A stretch of DNA of 64,000 bases from a virus (taxonomy: Duplodnaviria; Caudoviricetes), in IMG/VR virus record IMGVR_UViG_3300020029_000569, positions 28,207-92,206 of that record. One strand, written 5' to 3'. The notes beneath the pieces were generated by a model. It saw only the letters and a program-made list of their open reading frames with translations, made no database searches and was not told the origin of the DNA. Positions 10,644 to 22,700 of this stretch are shown in pieces. The number at the start of each line of letters is the position of its first letter. The stretch's first letter is position 1. Made by a program: the position numbers and the translations under genes.

Positions 10644-11711
10644 ATGGCAATTTTAACTAACTATATAAAAGCAAGTGATGTAATTCAGCAACGATGTTTG
10701 CGTGATGAAGATTTTGCAATGAGCAAAGCACCCGTTTTATTGAGTTATTTGCCAACGGTATATAACGATTTAAAATTCGAGGGAACTAAAACAACCGTGT
10801 ATCGAAAGTATTACATAAACAAAGAAAACAATACCCTTGCAATACCTAATGACTGCTTATTATTAGTAGCTGTTGGTTATGAGAATGAATGCGGTAGTAT
10901 AGTAGGTATGTGGTATAATGATGGACTGCCAAGAGATATTTTATTTGAGAATAGACACGATTGTGGGTGTGATATTTGTGGTGATGAAAATAGTTTATGT
11001 TCAAGTGTCCGTGAATTTGATAATGTAGAACAAACCGTTGTTATATTTGGAGAACCTTATACTAACATAACCAATACCTCTATTTTAGATGATGGACGTA
11101 TCTTGCAATACACTAAAACTTACATGGCATCTGATGGAAGTGGGGATGAAGAAGAAGTTATTTTTGTTGAAAAAACTGAACAAATTTGCTCATTGGAATT
11201 GTCCCCTTGTGGATGTATTGCCAAAACAGAAGATAACCAAAATAAGCTAAAGGATTTAGATAAGACTTGTTGCTCATTATCTACTAATTGCGGCACTTAT
11301 GACAAAAAATGTTGCACCAATAAAGACCCTAATAGTTTTACCTTAGATATTCAAGGCAGACTGATAGTATTTTCTCCTAATTATTTAAAAGACTATGCCA
11401 TTATTAAGTATGTCACAGCAGTCAATAGTGCAGGGGATTATCAAATTCCGTCATTGGCATTGGAAGCGGTATTAGCAGGGTTAAAATATTATTCCGAAAG
11501 TGAAAATCCCAAAGCAGCACCTTATACAAGAGGTCAAGGCGGTATGTATCATAAAATGTACACTGCCGCTATGAATAAATTTATAAAACGTATCCGTCCT
11601 ATGCCTTATCAGAGGTATATGAAAGCAATGGGAGTTGTACCCGTTCATTTACGTCAAGGATACTTTAATACACCACTACTTTCATCTAATGTAAACAATA
11701 AAAAATACTAA
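10644..11711 (+). CDS. Tail tubular/ring protein candidate, Cys-rich
   Basis: 355 aa; LAIPNDC and IIKY...GDYQIP segments; directly upstream of the large tail stabilisation-like gene. Confidence 0.5.
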   Translation: MAILTNYIKASDVIQQRCLRDEDFAMSKAPVLLSYLPTVYNDLKFEGTKTTVYRKYYINKENNTLAIPNDCLLLVAVGYENECGSIVGMWYNDGLPRDILFENRHDCGCDICGDENSLCSSVREFDNVEQTVVIFGEPYTNITNTSILDDGRILQYTKTYMASDGSGDEEEVIFVEKTEQICSLELSPCGCIAKTEDNQNKLKDLDKTCCSLSTNCGTYDKKCCTNKDPNSFTLDIQGRLIVFSPNYLKDYAIIKYVTAVNSAGDYQIPSLALEAVLAGLKYYSESENPKAAPYTRGQGGMYHKMYTAAMNKFIKRIRPMPYQRYMKAMGVVPVHLRQGYFNTPLLSSNVNNKKY

Positions 11712-11712
11712 A

Positions 11713-14700
11713 TTGGAACAAGTTAATATCCCTAAATTCCCTGTCAAATTACAATTAGACGCTGCACATGAAAAGATGCAGGATATAGAAAGTAGGTTTC
11801 TAAAAAATGTCCGTGTACTTCAAAATGCAAACCCTAATAATACAAACCTTAGTGGTAACAATACTAAGACGGGTTCTAATGCAGGTAGTCAAACACCACT
11901 ATTATCAAACAAATTAGTTGATAATGAATTTGTATTACCATTAGGGACAAATAAGACTATTGGAACTTATGAAAGTAAAGAGACAAATGAATTGTATTGG
12001 TTTGTTTGGAACTCAAATCTTCAACATACTGTAAACGTAATTGACGGGATTACCGAACAATGCTATACCGTTTTTAAAGGTAGTTGTTTGGAATTTTCAC
12101 TTGATCCAAAATATGCAATACCCGAACACAAAGTCTATCTGCAACTAACTTACGATGCTACAATAATTGACGGGGAACAAGTAAAGACACTTCTTGAAAA
12201 GGAATTGATATTTACAGATGCCCTTAATAACGTAAGGCAAATAAATGTGTTTGCAAGTATAGGTAGTAATAGTTTCACAACGGATTATTTCAAACCCGTA
12301 TTCCCTCATTACAATGCTTGCTGTGATTATATTACACTTGCACCAATAGCACCAATGTATTGCCCACAAGTAGAACTTATTAAAAGGGTTCAAGGTGCTG
12401 ATGGTCATGCTATTGATAAAGAACTGCCAAATCAATTATTCAATAATCCGTTGCAAATTGCATACAACTTTGGATATGTTGATAATAGACCAAGTAGTGC
12501 AAGTCCCTATTCGACACCTATTATAGTTGGGGGGACTGATTGTGCTGACCAAAATCCTGAAACATTACCAAGATGTGCAAAAGTTAAGTTTTGGGCGGGT
12601 AATGCTTTTGTAAACCTTATTAATATTTATTTCAGAAGCGCACCTAATGGGAATTGGTATTTGTACGATACTATATTCAAACATAATTGCCCTGACGAAA
12701 ACGTACATTGGTGGGAGCGTACAGAAGCGTGGAATGACTTTAATTACAACGAAGAAGATAACACCATTGAATATACATTTTGCGCAAATAAAGAATGTAC
12801 ACCAATAGACCAATCGCTATTTGAACACATTGAAAATAATATACCTTTTGCATCAGTAGCACTAAGTCCCGCAGGTAATAATCTATTACTCGCAAATACT
12901 TTAGTAGGTAGCGATAACCTAACTTGCGAACAAGTAAGTAGTTTTAGTATATCGGTTACACCGCAAGAAAGTGATGTTTGTGAAATACCAAAAAGGCAAA
13001 TTAAAATCTACATGATTATCAGAAATGATAGCAATGATGGGCATGGACATGGTAATGAATGTCAGTTTTTATTTGGTAATTCAAAAGGTGGCAACCAACC
13101 TATTGATGGTAGATTTTACTTTGGCGGTTTTGGTTGGAGAAGAAACCCTGCAACTACACAAATGAGAGTAGCTATTGACGGTAGAAGTGGTTGGGATAGT
13201 TGGAAAGGGTATAAACAATATGTACCTTCAACAATAGAAGAACAAACAGGTGGTTTCGTAGGTTATTTAGCAGGAACAAACTTCGTTTCAATATCAAGCC
13301 AAGTAAAATATTTTGACGGTAATTGTGATGTAGAAGAATTAGGAATTATATATCGTGATTTATCTACAATGTATAATCCAAATGGAAGTTTTGATAGCCT
13401 TGTAGAAGCATTAAAAGATGGTGAATATCTAATACTTCAAGAATTTGTTTTTGAAGATGTACCCGCAGGAAAATATGTATTTAGAGTAGCAGGGCATAGG
13501 TCAGGAATGGATAACGGATTTGAACAAACAAGTTCATACGTTTATGGGAGTGAAGCAATAACACCATGTGCAGTTGAAAGTGGAGAATGTGTTACACCCG
13601 CAATAAGAAATGATTACGAATGGACTATTGACGTTTGCGAATGTGATTACAATAGTTTGAATGATGGTTATTTAATGAAGTTATTAGACCTTACTTATCC
13701 TGATTTTGAAAACGATTTAAGGAATGTAATTACATATAATTTCGTAAGAGAAGTGTATGTTTATGAAGATGAAAATAATTCAATCCCATTTGAAAAACAA
13801 CAAGCAAACTTCGAGTTTGGGAAATTTAAAGACAAAATAACAGGAATTGATGTAACCGTAGATGGATTTGAAGTTGGTGGTGTACCGTTATTATTAATAG
13901 ACCCATTAACAACGAATATAGCAGGAATAGGATTCCCCATACCATGTCCACCTGCCCCTTTATTACCATTTGCAGGTATGTTAGATACGCCAAGTGGAGT
14001 AGAAAATACAACATTAAGAATTACAGACCATAACGGATTTGTATTTCATAGAGAACAATTTTGGAGATGGAGATTATTTTTTAATGTGCTTAATTGTTTA
14101 CCTTTTGACATGACAGCGCAATTTGGAGAACCTACATTAGGAACATTTAGCATTACTTATACGGATAAATGTTATAACCTTAATTTTAAAGATGTACAAG
14201 TAGGGATAACAAAAGTTCAACCACCTGTAACACTATTGAATAATAAAGGGTATAAAGGTTTATTGGGTACAGTATCAGTAAGTACAGGTACAGCAGATGA
14301 TGAGTGCAATAGATACCTAATAAAAGGTAATTTAAAAGATACAGACGGTAATGCTTTAGTAGGTGCAAATATTGGATATACAGGTAGCCAATTCGTAATG
14401 ACTGATGGGTTTGGTAATTTCAGTTTGATAGCACACCAAAATACTTCATTTGATAGAAGCGATTATTTCATTATTAGTAATGTAGGTAGTGCTTGTACCA
14501 TAGTATGTGTAGATAGTGAGGACTGTACGTTATGTTGTGAAGATACATACCAAGAAATAACTTTAGATGATACTCCTTGTGTATTATGTGAAAAGTTAGA
14601 AATTGATATGGGTGATTTCGTATTTAAGAAAATTAACTTTCCCGATAGAGGATTAAAAGGTAGATATGGTATTGGAGGTGTTGGTTGGGATTGTTATGGA

Positions 14701-16809
14701 CGTATTGTAACAGGGGGTGTAAATATTATAGATTATATTAATGTGCCTGAATGTTGGACTAAACACCCACTTATTTCATGGTCATGGGATGGACTTAATC
14801 TACTACCACAAGAAGTTAAATACTTTTCATTCTACATGACCAAAAACCTTAATGGTAATTATATTCAGTGGGTAGCAGATGCCTTTGATTTACTTGATGA
14901 AAATGGCAATGTAACCACAAATAGAGGTAAAGCAGTAGCAGTAGCAGTAGATATGAAATCATTGCTACAATACAACATAATAAACAAATTCAATACCCTT
15001 GCAACCTATCAATTTGTAGAAGGAGATATACTTAAAATTATTGACGATTGTGATAATCCAATATTTTACAGAATAACGGGGACTACCTTTGGAACTCCCG
15101 AACAAACTGCACTTGAACAAGAACTTACAGTAACAAACAATGTAGGGGATACGGCAACTACTAAAACTAATTATGCTACCGCAAACGGAAGTACTATTAT
15201 CATTCCTTATGATGGACAAATAGATGCTTTATTAGAAAGTTGTGGGATTAAGATTGAAATTGACAGACCCTATGAATGTCAAGACAACTCATATCCGTTT
15301 TTTGAATTATGCTGCATGATACCCGTTTACGAAGGAGTGCCAATGGATCATTTTTGTTGTGATGGAGGTAGTGGCGAAAGTGGCGGTTCGGGTAGTGGTT
15401 CGGGTAGTGGAGATTTAACGGGTTGTGTACTTAACGCATTTGACACTTATAAGATTTTCAGAAACATACCTCGAATATCTGATTGCAGTGCAAACCCTGA
15501 CGATGACCCTTACTTCTCAAATAATGTAACTGATTTTTGGGGTGCAGGTGTAGGTAGTTTTGGTAGGATAGGTGCAAGAAATCCATACGCACAAAGGATA
15601 TGGGAACAAAACAGAGTAGCAAGAAGTCAGGCATGGATAAATAATGGAATCGTAAACGGACTTGCGACATTTTGGAATGAGAACGTAAAAGATTACGATA
15701 CTCAAAACTTCGGGGGCATACAAGCGATGTACGCATTCAGAAACTTTGTTGGATTTATCTGTACGCAGGACTTCTTTGCAGCAGACTACAACGTACCTTA
15801 TCTTTATAATGATGGTGAACAAATCAGGGTAACTTCACTTGACAGAAATTTAGGCGAACCAAAACAGAAGTCAGGAATGAACTATGGATGTTTCCAAGAT
15901 AACACAAGCAGCATAGTTTTCAATGACGGATTAGCATACTACTATTCACAGAATGAGTATATCATGTGTGATTTTAATACTGCTATTGACATAGGAAAAG
16001 ACGGAGTGAAAAGTTGGATGATAGATAAAAACAAATATCTTCAAAACTTCAACAAAGCAATAGCGGATCAGGGTGCTTATGATTACTTTTTATTTGAAGT
16101 AATTTCGGGTTATGACCCTATGAATGACGAAGTAGTAACAACAGTAAGACCAAGAAACGGGTTATCTCAAAATACCAAGTCATTTGTAAATGAAAATAGA
16201 GATATTAGGATAGAAGTAGGGGAAACTATTGTGTATAACGCTATTTTAAAATCATGGGTTAATTTTAGAGGGTATGTACCCGAATACTATGGCAAACTCA
16301 AAAATGCCAAAAGCGGTATGCAGATGTACACCTTTGTATGTGGATTGCCCTATCAGCATAATAATCTTCAAGGAACGTACGGTACATTCTATGGGCATAA
16401 ACAAACACCAGTAGTTGAAGTATTGGTAAATAATACCGACAGCAAAGTAAAAATATACCTTAGTGCCTCACAAGAAATATTGCCACAAACAATGTTTGTG
16501 GATAGGATAATGTCAGAGGAAGTTAATTCACTTTCGTACCTACCAATGCCCTATTGGACGAAAAAGGAAAATATCTTTTACGGGGCATTTTGGAGGGACA
16601 TGGCAAGCTATTGGGATGCTAACTATATGCAGGAATCAACCTATTTTGAAGGTAAGAGAATATTCGGTAAATTTGCATTTATGAGATATGTAAATACATA
16701 CGATAATTCAGATAAGTACTTTGCATTAACTCATTTTTGGACTTTAGTAACAGGTAGTGAACTTTCTATGAAACCACAAATCGCTGCACCAAACCAACAA
16801 GGACAATAA
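11713..16809 (+). CDS. Tail stabilisation/nozzle protein (P22 gp10/crAss muzzle-like)
   Basis: 1698 aa; N-terminal RFLKNVR, IFTDALNNVRQIN and C-terminal KKENIFYG...EGKRIFG pattern; followed by ejection-type genes. Confidence 0.65.
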   Translation: MEQVNIPKFPVKLQLDAAHEKMQDIESRFLKNVRVLQNANPNNTNLSGNNTKTGSNAGSQTPLLSNKLVDNEFVLPLGTNKTIGTYESKETNELYWFVWNSNLQHTVNVIDGITEQCYTVFKGSCLEFSLDPKYAIPEHKVYLQLTYDATIIDGEQVKTLLEKELIFTDALNNVRQINVFASIGSNSFTTDYFKPVFPHYNACCDYITLAPIAPMYCPQVELIKRVQGADGHAIDKELPNQLFNNPLQIAYNFGYVDNRPSSASPYSTPIIVGGTDCADQNPETLPRCAKVKFWAGNAFVNLINIYFRSAPNGNWYLYDTIFKHNCPDENVHWWERTEAWNDFNYNEEDNTIEYTFCANKECTPIDQSLFEHIENNIPFASVALSPAGNNLLLANTLVGSDNLTCEQVSSFSISVTPQESDVCEIPKRQIKIYMIIRNDSNDGHGHGNECQFLFGNSKGGNQPIDGRFYFGGFGWRRNPATTQMRVAIDGRSGWDSWKGYKQYVPSTIEEQTGGFVGYLAGTNFVSISSQVKYFDGNCDVEELGIIYRDLSTMYNPNGSFDSLVEALKDGEYLILQEFVFEDVPAGKYVFRVAGHRSGMDNGFEQTSSYVYGSEAITPCAVESGECVTPAIRNDYEWTIDVCECDYNSLNDGYLMKLLDLTYPDFENDLRNVITYNFVREVYVYEDENNSIPFEKQQANFEFGKFKDKITGIDVTVDGFEVGGVPLLLIDPLTTNIAGIGFPIPCPPAPLLPFAGMLDTPSGVENTTLRITDHNGFVFHREQFWRWRLFFNVLNCLPFDMTAQFGEPTLGTFSITYTDKCYNLNFKDVQVGITKVQPPVTLLNNKGYKGLLGTVSVSTGTADDECNRYLIKGNLKDTDGNALVGANIGYTGSQFVMTDGFGNFSLIAHQNTSFDRSDYFIISNVGSACTIVCVDSEDCTLCCEDTYQEITLDDTPCVLCEKLEIDMGDFVFKKINFPDRGLKGRYGIGGVGWDCYGRIVTGGVNIIDYINVPECWTKHPLISWSWDGLNLLPQEVKYFSFYMTKNLNGNYIQWVADAFDLLDENGNVTTNRGKAVAVAVDMKSLLQYNIINKFNTLATYQFVEGDILKIIDDCDNPIFYRITGTTFGTPEQTALEQELTVTNNVGDTATTKTNYATANGSTIIIPYDGQIDALLESCGIKIEIDRPYECQDNSYPFFELCCMIPVYEGVPMDHFCCDGGSGESGGSGSGSGSGDLTGCVLNAFDTYKIFRNIPRISDCSANPDDDPYFSNNVTDFWGAGVGSFGRIGARNPYAQRIWEQNRVARSQAWINNGIVNGLATFWNENVKDYDTQNFGGIQAMYAFRNFVGFICTQDFFAADYNVPYLYNDGEQIRVTSLDRNLGEPKQKSGMNYGCFQDNTSSIVFNDGLAYYYSQNEYIMCDFNTAIDIGKDGVKSWMIDKNKYLQNFNKAIADQGAYDYFLFEVISGYDPMNDEVVTTVRPRNGLSQNTKSFVNENRDIRIEVGETIVYNAILKSWVNFRGYVPEYYGKLKNAKSGMQMYTFVCGLPYQHNNLQGTYGTFYGHKQTPVVEVLVNNTDSKVKIYLSASQEILPQTMFVDRIMSEEVNSLSYLPMPYWTKKENIFYGAFWRDMASYWDANYMQESTYFEGKRIFGKFAFMRYVNTYDNSDKYFALTHFWTLVTGSELSMKPQIAAPNQQGQ

Positions 16810-16810
16810 C

Positions 16811-17137
16811 ATGGCACTAATTACATACTTTGAACCAAATTGGGAACGAACAGTAAGGGCGGCATACGCTGAAAGTAAAAGCAATGCAATTACAGATGCA
16901 GCAGTGCAAAATATAGGTTTTTTAATTAAAAATAATTGCTATCTTTACAGAGTAGAGGACACTTCAAACGGTAGTTTTATTGGTTTTGTAGTATATGAAG
17001 GGAACGGAGTACCATTGTTAAATTACAATGGAGATTTGATACCAAAAGCAGGACACATAAGGCCGCAGTTTGAAGTTCAACCTATCATAGCAGAGTATAA
17101 TTATATCTTAACAACAACCGTAAACAATAATATTTAA
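16811..17137 (+). CDS. Hypothetical protein
   Basis: 108-aa ORF between the nozzle and ejection genes. Confidence 0.5.
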   Translation: MALITYFEPNWERTVRAAYAESKSNAITDAAVQNIGFLIKNNCYLYRVEDTSNGSFIGFVVYEGNGVPLLNYNGDLIPKAGHIRPQFEVQPIIAEYNYILTTTVNNNI

Positions 17138-17139
17138 CA

Positions 17140-17883
17140 ATGTGGGGGGCCATAATTCAACTTATCGCAGGTTTAGGGACAGCAGGATATAACGCCTACA
17201 AAGCCAATAAAACCAAAAAAGAACTTAAAGACTTAGGTGATGTTGACTATACTATACCACAAGGATATGGAGATAATGTAGGAGTTACAGCAAATGAATT
17301 AGCGCAAGGTGGGATAGATGCAGATACTCTAAATAAAATATTAGGACAATACCAACAACAATTTGCAGCATCTTCTAATTCAGTTTTACAAGCGGGTGGA
17401 GGTGTTAACGACATTGCTAAATTATACGGAAAATTTAATGACAGCGTAACTAAATTAGGGGTTCAAAGTACAGCATTAAGAAACCAAAAATTAGAGAATT
17501 ACTTACAGTCCGTATCTACTTATGCAGGACAAGGAGCATTGCAATGGAAACTTAACCAATACGATAGAAACCGTAATGATAAAGCAGCAGCATCGGCAGC
17601 ACTTCAAGGTTTTAATCAGGGGACAAATAGCGGGGTAAACATGGCAGTTCAAGGCGGTGTAAACTTAGGAAATTACTTAAATTCACCAAGCGTAAATACA
17701 AACCAAAGTCAATACAATGACATGGTTAAGAAAGCATTTGCAAGTGAAACAGACCCCGTTTTCTATAATAACAATTTTGGTAACCCGCCACTTGCAAGCA
17801 CTCAATACGCAAACCAAAACCAAGCAAACAACGCTATTGATATAGGCGGTATGAACAATGTAAACCAAATGTGGAATTTTTAA
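17140..17883 (+). CDS. Internal virion/ejection protein (small)
   Basis: Hydrophobic Gly/Ala N-terminus; Q/N/A-rich helical body; typical podovirus position. Confidence 0.6.
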   Translation: MWGAIIQLIAGLGTAGYNAYKANKTKKELKDLGDVDYTIPQGYGDNVGVTANELAQGGIDADTLNKILGQYQQQFAASSNSVLQAGGGVNDIAKLYGKFNDSVTKLGVQSTALRNQKLENYLQSVSTYAGQGALQWKLNQYDRNRNDKAAASAALQGFNQGTNSGVNMAVQGGVNLGNYLNSPSVNTNQSQYNDMVKKAFASETDPVFYNNNFGNPPLASTQYANQNQANNAIDIGGMNNVNQMWNF

Positions 17884-17884
17884 A

Positions 17885-19720
17885 ATGGCATACACGGAAC
17901 AAACATTTACGAATTTAGGCAGTGTACAAGCCCCCGATGCAAGTCAATCAACAGCATTTGCAGGTAGTACCCCATTTGCATTTTCAGAAGGTACTAATCA
18001 ACTACTTAACCAAGTAACACAACAAGCGGTAAAGAGAAGGGAAGATGAAGTAAAAATGTACAATGATAATCTGCAAGCAGCGTTATCAAAAGCAAGTAAC
18101 ATAGCAGAAGGTTTGTCAGCACAAGATTATGATGAAGCAAAATCTAAATCTAAAAAGGCAATTAAATACATTTACGATAATCCTCAAATATTATTAGGCA
18201 AAGACCCCGAAAAGTCAAACGAATTTAATAATATGCTTGTGGACATTGCATCATACACGCAACTCTCAAAAGCAACAAAAAAAATAGAGGATAACTACAA
18301 CGACCTCATTAAAAAAGATAGTGATTGGAATAACGAAGTGAATAATTATTATTTACAACAATACCGAAATACAACAGACCCTAACGAAAGGGCAAAAATG
18401 GCTTTTACTCCAATTAAAAATCCATTAGGTGATTTCCAAACATTAGTAGTACCTAAACTTCAACAAAACGCACCGATAGAAACACGCACAGAAGTTGACC
18501 CTAATGATAAAGGTAAATTAATTGTTTACCAAGATAAAATATTTGATGAAGGTGTTTATAAAGAAGCATTCAAAAACTACAACGGGGCGTATCTTACAGA
18601 AGAATGGAATGTAAGACCTGACATTCAACAACAATATGCTACTCCTGACGAATACATTGAATTTAAGGCAAAAGAAACATTCGTACCAAAAGCAACAAGC
18701 AAAAGCAGTGTTACCAATAATGTATCTTATGTTGAAGGTAAAAAGAACGAAAGAAACCAAGCAAGTATAGAAGGTAGGGCAACAGAAGGAGAAGCAAACC
18801 GTAATAACAAAATAAGGTTACAGGAATTAAAAGAAACCCAAACTTCAACTAATCCACAATACAAAAATATTGCACCTATACTTAATAATATAGACGGTTT
18901 TGAAAGTAATGTAATGAAAACAGTTGAAGCTACCCCCGCAATTGAAAAAATGACAGGTATAAAACAATACAAAGAGGTAAATCCTGCATTTATAAACGAA
19001 ACAATTATTAAAGGAGTTTATCCAAATGGCGCAAGTCAATACGGGGATGCTTATGGAAAATTGTATATCGTAACGGATGCAAAAGGTAATTCATACTACG
19101 CTCCTGCAAAGGAATTATTCAAAGTTAAGGGCAAACCTGCAACAAAAGAAGAATACGAAGCGGCACAAAAAATATCACCTACCTCAGTTTCAAAAGAAGT
19201 GCTACCAAACAACGACAAAGGACGGCAATACACCAAAGAAACATTATTAGGTAGTGCAGTTGATAATACTGGTAATGGTAGATTTGAGTATGATATTTGG
19301 AAGAAAAATAACCAAGAAATACAAACCTTAGAAACGGAAGTTAACAAACCACAATCAGTACAAAAGCAAACATATAAATATCCCAAAATAACAGGGTATG
19401 TAGAAGAACTTAAAAATGATGGAATTGGCATAGGTTCAATAGATACAGGTGGGCATAATAAAGGCTCTTTACATGGCAAAACATTGGCAGTTGATTTGCC
19501 TGCTTCTAAGAATGGTGGAATTGAAGGGCTGAAAACATTATTGCCAAAATTAAGAGAAAAATATCCCGAATTGGATATTGTAGATGAAATTACAAAACCA
19601 ACAGGACAAAGCGTTTGGACGGGGGCGCATATTCATATCGAAATGGACGGAAAAAAAGCAAATTTCCCAGAAGTACAAGTAACAACAACAAAAAAAGATT
19701 GGAGTAAATACAAAAGATAA
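17885..19720 (+). CDS. Internal virion/ejection protein with C-terminal M15-like Zn peptidase domain
   Basis: SLHGKTLAVD (H-x6-D) and HIHIE (HxH) motifs near the C-terminus. Confidence 0.65.
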   Translation: MAYTEQTFTNLGSVQAPDASQSTAFAGSTPFAFSEGTNQLLNQVTQQAVKRREDEVKMYNDNLQAALSKASNIAEGLSAQDYDEAKSKSKKAIKYIYDNPQILLGKDPEKSNEFNNMLVDIASYTQLSKATKKIEDNYNDLIKKDSDWNNEVNNYYLQQYRNTTDPNERAKMAFTPIKNPLGDFQTLVVPKLQQNAPIETRTEVDPNDKGKLIVYQDKIFDEGVYKEAFKNYNGAYLTEEWNVRPDIQQQYATPDEYIEFKAKETFVPKATSKSSVTNNVSYVEGKKNERNQASIEGRATEGEANRNNKIRLQELKETQTSTNPQYKNIAPILNNIDGFESNVMKTVEATPAIEKMTGIKQYKEVNPAFINETIIKGVYPNGASQYGDAYGKLYIVTDAKGNSYYAPAKELFKVKGKPATKEEYEAAQKISPTSVSKEVLPNNDKGRQYTKETLLGSAVDNTGNGRFEYDIWKKNNQEIQTLETEVNKPQSVQKQTYKYPKITGYVEELKNDGIGIGSIDTGGHNKGSLHGKTLAVDLPASKNGGIEGLKTLLPKLREKYPELDIVDEITKPTGQSVWTGAHIHIEMDGKKANFPEVQVTTTKKDWSKYKR

Positions 19721-22700
19721 TGCCAATAAAAAAAACATATCAGTTAGGTAATGAAAAGTTTGATATTCCCGTAGAGGAAACACAGGCATTTTTAGCAGAT
19801 AATCCCGATGCAGTAGAACTAAGTAGCTTTGTTGTTGGGAAAGATACGTTTGATATTCCTTTGCCCGAAGTTGAATCTTTTTTAGCAGATAATCCTGATG
19901 CTAAAGAAACATTTGGCGCAGTAAAAAAAAAAGAAACTCCGATACTATCACCGAACAAACCAAAAGCAGAATATCCTATCGCAAGTGGTTTATCAAGTGG
20001 CTCAATACCTCAATCACCTACACAAAGTACCCCAACGGTACAAAGCAATGGACAATCACAAAAAAGTAGTTTTTGGAAGGATGCTATAACAGCTACTAAA
20101 GAAAATATTGCCCAACAAGGGAAAGTAAATAGACCTATTAAAGAAGATATTTTTACTCAAAATATATCAGGTGTAAAATCACCTATTGAAGTTGCAAGTA
20201 AGCCACAAAAGAAAGCAATAAAAGTTAATCTTAATGAGCAACAACAAAAAGAAGAAGATTACAAGCAGTCGTTACGAGATAAAATAAATTCAGGCATACC
20301 ATTAGATATAGAAGAAACTAAATATGTAAAAAAAGCATTTGGGAAAATTGCACCACAAATAGGTAGTTTATCTGTTGCGGAAATTAATCAAGGGTTATTT
20401 GATGCAAACAAAAAAAATACACAACAACGTAGGGATGAATTGCTCAAAGAACATGAATTTGCTGATGTAAATAATAGAATAAAAAATGGCGAAGTAAGTA
20501 AAGAAGATTTACAGATAGCACAGGATAATGGGTTAATCCCACCATTTTTAAAATCAGAACAAGCCGAACAACTAAGGGTTAATTGGAATGCTGATATTAA
20601 AAATGCTCATGCTGAAATAGATAATGCGCTTTCAAATAATATATCATCAATAGTCCAAAATCAACAAACAGAAAACGATAGGATTGACGCACTTAAAGCA
20701 GGTATCCGTTCTGAAAATTATTATCGTAAAGAAGATACGCCACAAAGGATTGCTCATATAAAAGATATGGAAAATGAGTTATTCCAACTTGAAACTAAAA
20801 GAAAAAGAGAAGATGATTACCTAAACTCATTAGTTGATAATACTATCAAAGAAAGTCAAAGAGATATAATGATGATGGGTGGTTTTGAATTTGACAAAGA
20901 TAATCGTGGATTGCTTACTGAAAAAGGGCGTGCAGAGGTGGCAAAAGCAGTAGAAGATTATGTAGCAAAACAACCAGCAAGTAAACAGTTTTTGCTTAAT
21001 TATAAAAATATCCGTAAAGAATCTTCACTAAAGTATCTCGTATCTCCTCTCATATCATCTCAATTCAAAACATCTGACGTTACAAAAGGAAATGCTTATT
21101 TAGAAGAAGTTGTCGCAAGGACAGCGGAAATATTGCCAAAGTATTTTAAGAATTACTACAAGTCAGTAGATGAAATTTCAAAAGACTTACCAAAAGAAGC
21201 AAAAGGACTTGTAAAGCAAGTCGCTGGAATAGAAGGTGGTACATTTGATAATAATTTTCGTCCAAAATTACTAAATGAGCAAGAAAAAGTAGCAGCAGTC
21301 AATACATTGAAATTCATGGAAATGAAGGGAGATGTAGATAGTCAAAATGCAAAATTTGAACAAGTAGTAAACACGCCACAAGTCAAATCGGTATTAGGGC
21401 AAGAGTTAACAGACCTTGAAAACAAATACAATAATAAGGAGATAAATGGCGCAACTTTCAAAAACGAAAGACTTAAATTATTATACCTTAATCCTCAAAC
21501 AAAATCATTAGCAGAACAATATATACAATCAGTTACAAATGCACAAAATAAGTATGAAAAAGACGTAAATGATTATTTAAAATCTATTCAGCCCGATTTT
21601 GCTAAATATACTAAAATTGATAATAAAGGAAATATAGTTTCTATTGCAGGGATGAAACCTGAAAAATTTGCATCCGTAATGACTGAATTGCAAAGTGCAA
21701 AACAAGTTTCAGAAATAAATGCAACTAAAGAAGTAATACAGGATAGAGAACAGAGAGGTAATGAAGCAATGGGTGAACCTACTGATATGAAAATAATCCA
21801 ACAAGGGTTTACGTCAGGATTAAATAATATGTACACCGCAAGGGCAAAATGGCTTTATGACCAAACAGGCATTGACTTTTTTAATGATGCAAGAATAGGT
21901 GGAGAAATGGTTTTAAATACTGCAAATCAACCTAACGAAAGTACATTTGCAAAGGACAATTTTACATTAGAAGCAGGAGATTGGATGGGTGCATTGAATC
22001 CTGCTTATATACTTCATACAGCATCTTCAAGCGCACCGTATATGATGGAAGCGATGGGTACAGGAATAGGCATAGGCGGTATTGCTAAAAATGTGCTATT
22101 AGAAGCAGGATTAGGAGAAGGAGTAGCATTATCAAGGTCGGGTAGATTAATTCAAAAATCACTTGCAGGGGCAAGCGGTGGTAGTCAGGATGCTTTTAGT
22201 ACAATGGTATCAAACTATAATGATTTAGTTAAAGAAGGATTTAGCGTTAAAGATGCTGATAGAATTTCAAAAGAAGCATTTGTAAAAGAGGTAGTACCTG
22301 ATATGTTATTTAGTGGAATTGGGATGGAAGGATTATTTAGGGCAACTGCAAAACCAACATTAAAAAATGTACTTAAAAGAACTGCTACAACATTTTTAGA
22401 ACAAATACCCGAAGGCGCACAAGAAGCTATACAAGGGTATGCTTTAGAAGATGCGAAAGGAACAAAAGAAAATATATTCAATTATGCGTTAGAGGATAAG
22501 GATGGTTTTAATAATTTGATGGGTGGTTTTTCAGGTGGATTAGGAAGCGGTACGGTAGTATCGGCAGTAGGATTGGCAAAAGATACATACGGTTGGAATA
22601 AACTTTATAATATTTCAACTTCTGATATGCAAGATGCAGTAAGATATAGTGCAGTTGCAAATATGGTAAATAATCCTTCGGATATAAAATCACAATCAGC

